Source of the DNA: Paraglomus brasilianum
Lineage: Eukaryota
Assembly (NCBI GenBank): GCA_910592345.1
Contig: CAJVPI010000098.1
Span: 1-54,504 of the forward strand
Direction of reading: 5' to 3'
DNA length: 54,504 nucleotides
Position numbers and translations under genes: made by a program. Below the pieces are notes generated by a model that was not told the DNA's origin, did no database searches, and was given only the letters and a program-made list of their open reading frames with translations. Positions 1-11,087 of the stretch are shown in pieces (within the stretch, counting starts at the first letter, position 1; every line of letters begins with the position of its first letter).

Positions 1-539
1 CTCAGAGGAAGAACTGGAAGAGCCAGAAGAACTTCCAACCGGCTTTAATAAAGCGTCTGAAGCATTACAAAAGTTATTAGTTTGAGAGGCAGATCGTAGA
101 CAAAAATTTTAGTATTAGTACAGAAAGTAGAAAAACCAGACCAGTATTTGGTAATATAAGATTTAATAATATTCTATTATATAGTACAGAACATAATTTA
201 TTGTATCCCAAATATGTTCTTTTACGGAGGTTCATAATTATATACGAAACATCCATATTAAGGAAAGACTACGATCAGATAGTAAAAATATATATTATCG
301 TCTACACACAATTAAATTATATTCATTCAAAGAGCGGCTGAGGAAAGTCAGAAACGTTCCTAATCATTATATCAGCTATTGTTCTGGTATAATTTCTCTC
401 TTTATTCGTAAGTTGCTAGCGGCAGGGCTATCGTTGAAAGAGTCGTTTCCTTTAAACATCTTAAACGCTTAAGGTGTTTATTTGGGTTAGCCGTTAGCAA
501 CTTAGCGTAGTGAATATATATTCCAAAGGTAAGGAATAA

Positions 540-650
540 ACTTCGACGCCTTAATTAAAGCGGGCACGTTAACAAGGCCGTGTTTGAGCGAAGTTGAGAG
601 TATCCCCGGTCAATAACCCACAATGCTCTCCCAGGCGACCGCATATAACA
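540..650 (-). repeat. Dispersed LTR-like element with conserved core, copy A
   Basis: Minus strand starts TGTTATA at 650 then GGGAGAGCA...TGACCGGGGAT; the same motifs in the same order occur at 42319-42480 (+). Confidence 0.5.
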
Positions 651-1123
651 CTATTGAAGGTTTCATTTATCAATCAAATAGTCATATATTGCTAGCCTTC
701 CTGATTTATATAAAATCTTTGAGAGGTGTTAGTAATAGCTTGAGTGCCAATGCCTTGTATAGTTTAACACGTTTTATTAACTGAAGCGTAAGCCATTATT
801 ATTATTGTCGTTGTCATCATTATTATCATTATAAATTACGTGACATTATAAAAAGTCGCTTTCAAGAATGAGCTACACTTTAATTGAAAGCATCTATAAT
901 ACTAGTCAAATTTAGATCAAAACACTCTCCCATGTTGATACAGAACATAATTGATACATCTTTTATTATTATAAATTGTTTACTACACTTGCCAAACTAG
1001 ATAAATTAAATCTTTTCAAGATTATTCTTCCTAATGTTAGTACAGAAAATTCCATATGTCAAATGTAAATTTACCTTCAAATATTTCTGTTAATAATATT
1101 AATGATAATTCTTGATTTTATAT

Positions 1124-2158
1124 CTAATGCTCTATATTAAACATATTTTTTACCAGCTCAATCTTTTCTCTTACTTTTTCCTTTACTTCCAACCCATTTT
1201 CATATAAAGTATACACCTTACTATGTGCTTTACTATATCCTTGTTCAGCTGCTCTTTCATAGAACTCAAGTGCCTTTTTAATATCTGCTTCTACCCCAAT
1301 TCCATTTTCATAATACAGGCCAAGAATATATTGTGCATAAACATTTCCTTTTTTAGCTGCTAATTGACACAATTCAGTTACAAAACTAATGTCCAAATTT
1401 GATCCAGCCATTTTACTATAATGTCTACTGCCTTCAACTTGCACTGACAAATGTGCCTGTTCTATTGCACTCTGGTATAACGCAACTGCTTTTTGTTCAT
1501 CTTTTTCTACTCCAACTCCATTTTCATAACACACACCAAGATTAAATTGTGCTCTGGCATGTCCTTGTTTAGCTGCTTTGTTATACCATTCAACTGCTAT
1601 TTGTTCATCTTTTTCTACACCAGTCCCATTTTCATAACACAAACCAAGATTATATTGTGCACAGGCAGTTCCTTGTTCTGCTGCTTTTTTATACCATTCA
1701 ACTGCTTTTTGTTCATCTTTTTCTACTCCAGTTCCATTGGCATAGAATAATAATAAAGCAAGATTATATTGAGCAATGGTATCTCCTTGTTCAGCTGCTT
1801 TTTTACACCATTCAACTGCTTTTTGTTCATCTTTTTCTACTCCAGTTCCATTGGTATAACATACAGCAAGATTAAATTGTGCACTGGAATTTCCTTGTTT
1901 AGCTGCTTTTTTGTACCATTGAACAGCTTTTTGTCCATTTTTTTCTACTCCAGTTCCATTGTCATAACATACAGCAAGATTAAATTGAGCACTAGCATTT
2001 CCTTGTTCAGCTGCTTTTTTATACCATTCAATTGCTTTTTGTTCATCTTTTTCTATCCCTGTTCCATTGGCATAACATAAGGCAAGATTATTTTGAGCAC
2101 TGGCATCTCCTTGTTCTGCTGCTCTGTGATATAGTTTAAGTTGATCTCCTTTTTTCAT
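1124..2158 (-). CDS. Sel1-like repeat (SLR) protein, 344 aa, intronless
   Basis: About 7-8 repeats of the 36-aa Sel1 consensus (AQxNLAxCYxNGTGVEKDEQKAVEWYKKAAEQG). No signal peptide or kinase domain in the ORF. Confidence 0.93.
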   Translation of the reverse strand: MKKGDQLKLYHRAAEQGDASAQNNLALCYANGTGIEKDEQKAIEWYKKAAEQGNASAQFNLAVCYDNGTGVEKNGQKAVQWYKKAAKQGNSSAQFNLAVCYTNGTGVEKDEQKAVEWCKKAAEQGDTIAQYNLALLLFYANGTGVEKDEQKAVEWYKKAAEQGTACAQYNLGLCYENGTGVEKDEQIAVEWYNKAAKQGHARAQFNLGVCYENGVGVEKDEQKAVALYQSAIEQAHLSVQVEGSRHYSKMAGSNLDISFVTELCQLAAKKGNVYAQYILGLYYENGIGVEADIKKALEFYERAAEQGYSKAHSKVYTLYENGLEVKEKVREKIELVKNMFNIEH

Positions 2159-2596
2159 TCTAGTATAACCAATTATAATGATAGGAGTATTATATAGTTT
2201 TTTTTTTCAGCATAGAAACAGTGCAAAGACTGAAGTCCAATTTGCAAGGGAATAAATACACAAGCATCCGAAATGTAGTGTAACGGAAAATTACTTGTGC
2301 GCTGGCTAAAGATGACACTCAGTGTTACAAACATCTCCGACCCGTGACACATCGGAATCAAGTTTCACGACGAATATTTGGTGCACAAACGCCGCGGGAT
2401 CGGTCAGGTGACGTCATTTTTATTATGTAAATTGCAAATGATAGATACGGTAGATATGTAAGCAGGCACAATTTCTCTTAGCGAATATCATCTTCAGCAT
2501 ATGAGATCAATTAAATCCTTCATTTCAGCAATTGTTTTTATATTCCTTGCTTAGAATTGTTATCTTATTTTATTAAAATCAGTGATTAAATATAAA

Positions 2597-3190
2597 TAGT
2601 CGTACTTCTCTACAGTCACCAGCGTGATTGGGTTACAGTCACACCCTTTTACAGAACCGACCGATTTTATAGTAAAATTACCTCCTTATAGTCACTATCA
2701 CATGATAAAAATAAATGATGAGGTGAAATTTGAGAATTCGAAAGAGAACGCGACCTGCTTTACGGCACGAGATTTGTACTTATTCAAATGATAATAGTAC
2801 GGCTACAAGTACTGACATTGCATCTTATTCAATGATAGATTGGTCCACTGTAAGCAAGATCATATCCAAGAAATAATCTCAAAAGCCAAGAAGAAAATGT
2901 GATCATGTTAAATCTCCATTCCTAGAAAAAGTTATGACTTGTTGGGTGGAGAGATGATAGGACGTGTACGTAATTCTTACTGGACTTCTTATTGTTCCCA
3001 TATGACGTCTATAGTACAGAACTGAATGAGCAAGAAAGCCATTTGATGGAATTTACAATAATATTGCCAATCAATATAAACCCTTTACAAGCGCTTCGCA
3101 ATGGATTATATATATACTGAGATTGTATAGAGGGCACTCTCTACAGTCACTGGTTTCAGGAGAACCGATGGTGTGACTGTAGAGGTATTG
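2597..3190. mobile_element. Degenerate pogo/Tigger-like non-autonomous element
   Basis: Repeated (C)TACAGTCAC/TATAGTCAC motifs near 2608, 2634, 2687 and 3140, plus inverted GTGACTGTAGAG near 3173; same motif family as the MITE at 30991-31133. Exact ends unclear. Confidence 0.4.
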
Positions 3191-3420
3191 TTATTTCTCT
3201 ATCGTCGCTAAGAGTGTGAAGTTCTTTTCCGCATCAACGGTAAACGAGTCGAGCTTGCCATTGATTTCGTAGGAACTTTGACTCTAGAATTTTTTACAAA
3301 CGCGTTTAGTGTAAAATAACTTCTCCGACCTGTAGCCAATCCCATCGAAAGAAATAAACGTAATATTCAAAGTTAAATAAGAATAATCTAGGCATAGCGT
3401 ATACAAGACCGATCTAGCAT

Positions 3421-3588
3421 CATGAGTATTTTAAAAATCAACGTTAAGGTCACTAATTGTCATTAGTAGGCTTAGCACGAGTAGAGGTGGTCAAAGGCCT
3501 CGTTTGAAAAACTAAATCTCAAGACCAGTATACTACAATCGCTCTCCCGCTTGACAGCACTTTTTGTCAACTAATATACTGTATTACA
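3421..3588 (-). repeat. Dispersed LTR-like element with conserved core, copy B
   Basis: Plus strand reads AAGGTCACTAATTGTCATTA...GAGTAGAG...CTCGTTTGAAAA...ATCTCAAGACC...ATCGCTCTCCC, colinear with 31311-31513. Minus strand begins TGTAATAC at 3588. Confidence 0.5.
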
Positions 3589-4037
3589 AACCTAGTAAAT
3601 CAATTAAACCTTGTCTACAATTCTTAGAACTAACTCAGTTATCAGGGAGATTCCTTAAAAGCCACGTTGAAGTTAATACTATTAATAGTAATAAATCTCA
3701 TTGTTTGGTTGCATTGTTATAGCTTGCTATGGGCATACAACGACAAACCAGCATATTAAATGCAGGAGACGCCACATAATAGATGTGTTATCCGATTCTA
3801 TCATAGCAACATCAAACCGGTTTTATAATTTGCCCGATATACGAGTTCAAGCAGAAGTAAACATTGCTGATTGTTTATATATTTCTTGAAGTTTAATGTA
3901 ATAATAAAAGAGTGTGTATCAATTCAACCATGATTTGCCATTTGGCAGCCGAATTGATTTAATGCAATAAATACATGTGGCGTCTATCTTAACATTTAAT
4001 CAGTTTATGCATATATACAGTATATGATGCATGTATT

Positions 4038-5051
4038 CTATTGCTGTAAAGATTTTGGCTTTGCGTGCTTGTAAACCATCAAATCATAAAGTCCGCCTCC
4101 AATAAGCGAGCCGACATTGGGCACAATCAACGGAATCCAGAAGTAATAGTCTTTGACTCTGAAAATATCGCCGCCGTAAATACACGCAATGAATAAGCGT
4201 CCACCAAGATCGCGAGCAGGGTTGATCGAAACGCCTTGGAATCCTATGCCGATAATTATACAGAATATAACAAAACCTATCAAAAGCGGAATGGCTATTG
4301 GAGTGCGTCCAACCTCTTTGTTGTTATGGTCGATTAAACTAAAGACTATAAAACTTAAGACTATGTTTGCAATTAATTCGGTCCTGTTTATGTAGATGGA
4401 ATAAAAATAAATTAATATTAATATGTAAGTCGATATTATATAACAATAATCCAGTAGAATAATAGTTCATATTTTATCATATTACCATATGATGTATCCT
4501 GTAGGTATAAAATCTTTAGGAATCTCAACAAATGCTTTTACGATGACTGGCAAATCAGGGAAATCCGCTGAAATAGGTTTAAGGTCCAATGCGTCAATCG
4601 TCGGGTAGAAGCACGCATACACGAATGCAGTGCCTACAAAAGCTCCGACTATGTGAGAGAGAAAATAAAGCGGAACCGTCTTCCAAGGAAACTTTCTATA
4701 TGCTGCGAAAGCACAACTGAATGCCACCGATAAATGTCCTCCAGAAATGTGAGCTGCAAATGTAATGGCAAAGGCAGTACCGAATGCAAATACAAATGCA
4801 ATCGACAAGCGGCTACCGTCTAGACCACCGCTCACAATCAATGCGGCAATGGCGCTACCACCCAGAAACACGTAGAAAAATGTTGCCATGGCTTCAGCAA
4901 AAAAAGGACGAATAAACTCGCGTTTTTCTTCCCAAGACAATTGCCATGGAAGTCCGGGAATGGCAGGCATTATTGGCTGCGGTTCAACCGCAGCTTTGAG
5001 TGATTCAACAAAGAATTCATCTGGCATATCAATATGCTTGTCGTCTGCCAT
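4038..5051 (-). CDS. Aquaglyceroporin (MIP family), 2 exons: 5051-4486, 4383-4038
   Basis: GT-AG intron 4485-4384 joins ...GYIIW/TELIANIVLSF... in frame. Loop B ISGGHLSVA, loop E SINPARDLGGR (the D after NPAR is the aquaglyceroporin signature), and C-terminal YFWIPLIVP. Confidence 0.95.
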
Positions 5052-6795
5052 AATGGTGGGTGTTTTGTTCAGGTTGTAATGCTTTGCTTATTTATTATAC
5101 GGATATGTTTTTTGTGGTCGCATTGATTATAATTTTTCTAGTCCAAAAAAACGAAGCTTTATATATTGAGAAATTTTGATCATGCTATTATACTGTTTTA
5201 CGGCCCTGAAACACAGTATGAAACTCCAAAAGACGGTTTATAAGAATAAAATAAAGAGTTAGTCCAAATTGAGTGTGAATTGAAGTGTTTACGATCGGAT
5301 GTTTATCCTTTTAGGATAAGACAATGAAACATATCAAATTACAATTATATATAACTTTTATTTGTTAGTGATACATACAAGCTCGATTACAAAGGACTGC
5401 ATATCATTTTCTAAGGAAACGTCCGTCCATTAGCGATCGTCAATGTCTTGATTGGTATGTCCCACCGAAGATCACAACCAAGCGGTATATGATTATTATT
5501 ATGTCTCATTGAAGAACTCCGACATTGTGATGAACATGTGATAATAAGGTTAGTCGGAAACTTATCGACATGCTTCGCAAACAAAGCATGGATCGCTAAT
5601 GCAGAAATGACCGAATCTTAGAGTCACGCTAATAAATTGTGCAAATTTCTATATAAAGAACAACCTAATCCACATAACAAAGATTGTGCTTAGTCGTATT
5701 TGTATTGTTGATCACTTGTTTCTACTGTCGATATAACCAACGAACACACATATGTAGAGAGAGAGAATCGGCCTTGATTGTTCGGAGATTTAGGCTCATT
5801 GGAGACACAGAATCCGTATACCCCTATTATAAAAATATCCCGTCCAGTTGCAAACATCGAGTCTTATTAAATGTAATAGTAATTTGATTGTGAAAAGACG
5901 CAACCCCTTTGTAATGCATACAGCAAGTACATTGTCTGATGTCATTAAATTTAATAATCGTTAACAAAGAGTTGTTTTCTCGTCGCATGTGTTGTTTATA
6001 ATATTTATAACCAGTATTTGTTTAGAAGATTATGTATTATGACCAGACTTTTTTTTTTTTTTGATTAATAAAATGCGGGTAGACCATCTGAAAGGACGAA
6101 TGTAATTGTACATTGTATGAATTGTATCTCGCTTACAGCAAAAGAATATGCCTAGGAAATAGACGCAAATTTTATTAATGAATAGATTGCTCAAATAAAG
6201 CATTTATTCACAAAGTGGTAAAGAAAAAAACTTTCGGGTATCCAATTGTGATTAATAATAATAAAAAGAGATTTGTCAGAATTATGCGTATAACCAAAAC
6301 TCAAAGCTGTTAATAGTAAGAATTATGATGGGGAAAAAAATCTTACAATGGTTAAGTCAGTATCCAAATAAATGTCGAAGGACCATAATCCAATAATAAT
6401 AAGCTTGATTACGAGAATTGTGATTTCGAAAATAAATAAACGGCCAGATGGGGGAATACTTGCTAATCGAATATAATAAGACTCGCATCCTGTACACAGA
6501 ATGGTTGTAAAGAACATTAATTAGCGATTAATTAACAATTAGGATTGAAACTTATGGAGACTCATTTGATCAATCGGTACCCAATAGTTGGATGCACACC
6601 CTCCACGTTCTGCACTGTCGATCTTTTTCAAGTTTCTATCGTAGAGTTCTCTAATGCATCTTCGTGGCTTTTCGTAATGTTTGTAACGTTACATTGAGAA
6701 TCTACATATTAAATCATGCCACTTAAAGACTAATTTGCGAGTTAATATTGACAACGGTATATGAACCCGTTTGTGTTTAATTAAGTTGGGTTCAG

Positions 6796-6797
<2 letters not shown>

Positions 6798-6837
<40 letters not shown>
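6798..6837. repeat. Poly-T tract (~40 nt)
   Basis: Uninterrupted T run. Confidence 0.9.
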
Positions 6838-6838
<1 letters not shown>

Positions 6839-7566
6839 TATTAATTATGTCGAAGCAGCCAGTGTTAGAGGTTTAGATTGGACAATTGTTTGAATATACT
6901 TATATTTCAACGAATTGTAAGAAAGAGGATTATACAAACAAATTAACAATAATTAATTCGGTCAAGTATTCTGCAGTTAAGTAATAAAATTCAAATATTT
7001 CTGACTTAAATTTATTAATTGCGGTGCTCTGATTTAATTATGGGATTGAATTTCCTGTATTAATGATGTGTTGTGGAAACACACTTACTATACACTTACA
7101 CCACAATGAAACGTATTATTTTATTAGACGTCACTGCTGTTAATCTATATACTGTATGTGAAAAATAAAAAATACCAGTAGGAATTAATCCAACTAAATT
7201 TATGAACGTGCGGTCGCATTTAATGGGTAATTTATGTTTTAAAATGGACATTTGTCACATTAAAAATGCACACAAGAACGTAACGACTATGCAAATCGTA
7301 TCAATGTACATCGTGCGCCATTTTTATTTTATTTTGCAGGCAAATCTTACAAAAATTTATTAATTCGACCCGTATTGGTATCGACACCCTAGTCGCTTTA
7401 AATGTATAACTTTATTGCCTGACTACAGATAATACCGTATTCAATTGGAAGAGGAGTAAACCTTTTAAATAAATTCGTGCAAGACATGAATAAAACGTGA
7501 CGACGAGACTTCAAAAATTTTGAGTCACTAACCAATAACATATTAATATGGATAATGTTAATATGA

Positions 7567-7630
7567 TACATAGTGAAATTCGATAAGTCGGACACTCGAT
7601 AAGTCGGACACTCGATAAGTCGGACAACCC
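7567..7630 (+). repeat. 16-bp tandem repeat (CGATAAGTCGGACACT x~3), probable DNA-transposon end
   Basis: About three direct copies at 7581-7626. The reverse complement TGTCCGACTTATCGAG recurs near 33186-33201. Confidence 0.7.
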
Positions 7631-8241
7631 TTTTTCATATTTAAAATTTTCTCGATAAATTTACTTGATTACACAAAGATCGGCAGAAGATTTTTAGATT
7701 GTCCAATAACATTTTGTCATATTCATTGGCCAAACATGTTACTTACCGATCATTTGTTATTTGACGATTTATCATTTGATGATTTATTTATTGCATTCTT
7801 GTAATTTAAAGAAAATGTTTATACCTCGTTATGTCATTGATAATTTTGCTATTTCATTTGACGATTTAGAAAGACGTCTTGTAATATAAACAATTGTTTA
7901 TCCTGTACGTCTTTATATCATTGATGATTGTATTTGGTGATTTAGAAAAAGGGGTTCTTGTAATGTATTATACGTCATAGAATATTCATTTCTACGATTA
8001 TTTGCATTTCGAAACAGCGTGTTTATTTATTTCAGAAAATGTATAAAAGGCTAATGTCTCAACCTTCAGAATTCCTCAATAAAGACCAAAGTTAAAGCTA
8101 TAATTATAAATGTGGAAGGAACATTTATTTAAACAAGCAACAGTAATAACAATCTTTCGTTCTTTATCCGTGTATTAAAATAAAATTTACGATAATCTTA
8201 TAAATATAACATTAAAGGAAATTGTGTTACGATGAATCCTA

Positions 8242-10406
8242 TTAGTCCCTCGATAACTCGGATTTCCGAGTTTCACTATGTAATTGTAAATTAATTTTAT
8301 TTAACACCAACACATAATAAATTTTTGTCTTCATAACCTGCATTCGATTAAAGTCATAATGTCTTTGCTGAATCTCCTTCCGTGAGAAACTGCTTCTCGG
8401 TTCAGGCAGACTTCCAGTAGGTAAAATCTTACTGGAATATTTACTCTCCTCGAGACGTGATAAGGGTTTTACGTTGTTATGATAAATGGTAAGCCATGCA
8501 TTGCTGTCAAAATAATCTTTGTCAACCTTTCTAATAAGCAGTACAAAGTGCCCTTCCATCTTTAAATCGCTTATCAGGATCATCACAACACCGCTCGACA
8601 AGTTTCTTGTATTCCTCTGGTGCGGAATCAGGCATCGATGGTCGTAGTCCGCCCATAATGTTGCATACTAAATCTCTATCGAACTGCCTATCTCTAAAAG
8701 GTGGTTCATCAAATACAAAGGGATATACGTCTGATTTCTGAGTAAATTTGCAAGTATGGAAGACTTCCGGTGCAATAAAGGTAAAACGCCTCGAATGGTT
8801 GAATTTTGTTGACGTGAATTCACCGATTGAGACAGACCAAGATCGCATATCAGGAGGAGACTTGATCGGAACTCTGTTTCATAATCATCATCATGACACA
8901 AAACAATGTTTCCGCCATGAAGATCACGATGTACTAAGCCCATATCATTAGATCAATTGTAATAATCCTCAAACACTCTAATTTCTCCTTCCAAGTTAAT
9001 TTGTTAATATTTTGATCCAACATAACAGTCATGTACTCTTTTGTTTCTGGGTCTTGTGTGACTCCATAATATTAAGGAATGAAGAATCAACATAATTATC
9101 TTGACATGATTTCTGAACTATTGAAAAACAGCGTCAAATTAAATATCACTTTAATTAATACTACCAATTATTGCCTCGGAAATAAATAATTCCGGCGTTT
9201 CATCAAAACTCTTAAACCGTTTAAGTACAACAGTTTGTTGCATATACCTTACTTCTAACTCACCTTTATATCTGGCAGTATGAACTGTTCCATAACCACC
9301 AGAACCGATCTCTTTGAGTTCGTAAAAGTCGCTATATTGCATGTACATTACACGTTCATTTCCGTAAGTCGTATGAACTTGTCCAATAGTGCATGTATGT
9401 CGTGGTAGAACACCAAATAATATTTTTGCGTCGACGGTTCTTGAGTAATACCAATAATCCAAATATTCTCTGGTGTTAATATCTCTGGGTATTCCTGAGT
9501 TAACTGTTGAACAATAATCGATGTTAAATGCACGATACGCACTTATCGATTGCATTTTACACGCGCATCACTATCGGTTTGATTTGTTGTCGGTTCTAGC
9601 AATCTGCTATATGTGTGCATTGATATCATCGTGAGTATTCGATCCATTGTATATAGGCATCATACTTATTCTTCATATGAATCCGATGGTAACCCAACCC
9701 AAACATCCGGGGTAAGAATATCTGGATGCTCATCACATTACTAGTGATATATAAAAGTCAATGATTATTTAAACTATTCAATAAACATGACGCATAAGTA
9801 AATGGTTTACCTCAGCATAATATAAATCATGTGTCTCGTCTGTTATTATTATCTCAAGTAGAACCAATTTGAGTAGGTAGACCATATAACCCAATCGTCA
9901 TAAACATAATCATATGGAATCCATTCCAAATAGGCATGATTTGCTGAGCTTGTTTGTAATTGAGATTTCTTAATAAACTTATCGGGGCTTATTGTTGCTA
10001 GTCCACCCCATTGGATAATTGTTTACAACCGCAACGGGACTACATCGGAGTATCCCACATGTGGAGCAGAATCCATAGCGGGAATAACAGTGGTAAAAGA
10101 GTTCCTCAACAACCATGTAATAGTTGTTATCATATTCAATAAATCCAATTATGAGTTTATTGCGACTCTCAAGCCATGTGGAATATCTTCTAAACTCATT
10201 ATTGTACGTCTGTGTTGGAAGTGAGTATACACTCACAAGTGTTGGTGTGCAAATTTCATTATTTTCAAGTGATAACAGCATTGTCACTTCACCATTATGC
10301 AATGTTCGCTTGCGACTAGCATAATAGACGTTGTCAATTTGAGTTTTTATTTTCACGTTCCAGGGAGGTTATCAATTGCTGGATTATTAACTGACGTTAG
10401 CGACAT
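8242..10406 (-). pseudogene. Tyrosine-kinase-like (TKL) protein kinase pseudogene
   Basis: Motifs IGSGGYGTVH, VVLKRF, YGVTQDPETKEYM, HRDLHGGN, ICDLGLS, FIAPEV and EEYKKLVERCC are spread over several frames with frameshifts and stops. Confidence 0.88.
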
Positions 10407-10474
10407 AGTTTGAATTAAAAAATTTTTTTCATCTCGAGAGAACATTTACAAATGCTGCAGTATAGCAAAAAGAT

Positions 10475-10629
10475 GGGTCTGGTTCATTTCCGACAATCAC
10501 TTCCCCGACAATCACTTCCCGACAACGACAATCACTTCGTTTCCCCGACAAATGTTCACCAACATTATTTCGAAATTATCCTTTTTTGGTAGTCAATTGT
10601 CGGGGAAATGAATGGATCCCGGATCTACC
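10475..10629. mobile_element. MITE-like foldback with internal CCGACAATCACTT repeats
   Basis: Left GGGTCTGGTTCATTTCCGACAAT versus right reverse complement GGGATCCATTCATTTCCCCGACAAT; 3-4 internal tandem copies. Flanks GCAAAAAGAT / GCAAAGAT may be a target-site duplication. Confidence 0.6.
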
Positions 10630-11087
10630 GCAAAGATAATTTATTAGTGTTCCGAGCTACTTCATCGTAGTACGCGAATGCTAGTATCATTGATAACAGA
10701 GGTCAAGAAAGAATGTTAGTTTAAATTCTTCGTTTCGTTTGCATCATTCCAACATCTGTAATTTTGGAAGAATATCGATCAAAGATTACAACGAGATGGA
10801 CGCATCAATGTGCTTTGTATTCGTATACAATGCATCGAACAAGTAAATATTCCAATTGTCAAGGCGAGTACTCTCGCGGCACTGGTTTCAAGTCTTGTTA
10901 GCTTTATAATGTTTTCGCTAATTTCTTATATCTTTGTATACTTCAACATAGCGCACATTTGAGAAGCTGTGAAATTTACAGGACTATTAAATACACATAC
11001 AAATTTACATGGTGATTATCCCATCAGGTATGTGTGGTTCCTATCATTACATAAGTTACCTATCAGCTATTATACACTTGTAACTCT

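Noticed and set aside
1..350. Protein-like fragment at the window start (SEEELEEPEELPTGF...)
   Set aside because: Broken by stops, TA-rich, no recognisable family.
1493..2080. Phe/Cys-rich plus-strand ORFs (85, 72, 103 aa)
   Set aside because: Antisense shadows of the Sel1 repeats.
3421..3588. Bona fide tRNA or group I intron
   Set aside because: No cloverleaf with correct spacing and no P/Q/R/S core; kept only as a tRNA-like motif hypothesis.
6798..6837. Poly-T as the tail of a retroposed element
   Set aside because: No target-site duplication or recognisable SINE/LINE body adjacent.
7581..7626. Short direct repeats as a CRISPR array
   Set aside because: No spacers, eukaryotic context, no cas genes; the motif recurs at a TE-like end near 33190.
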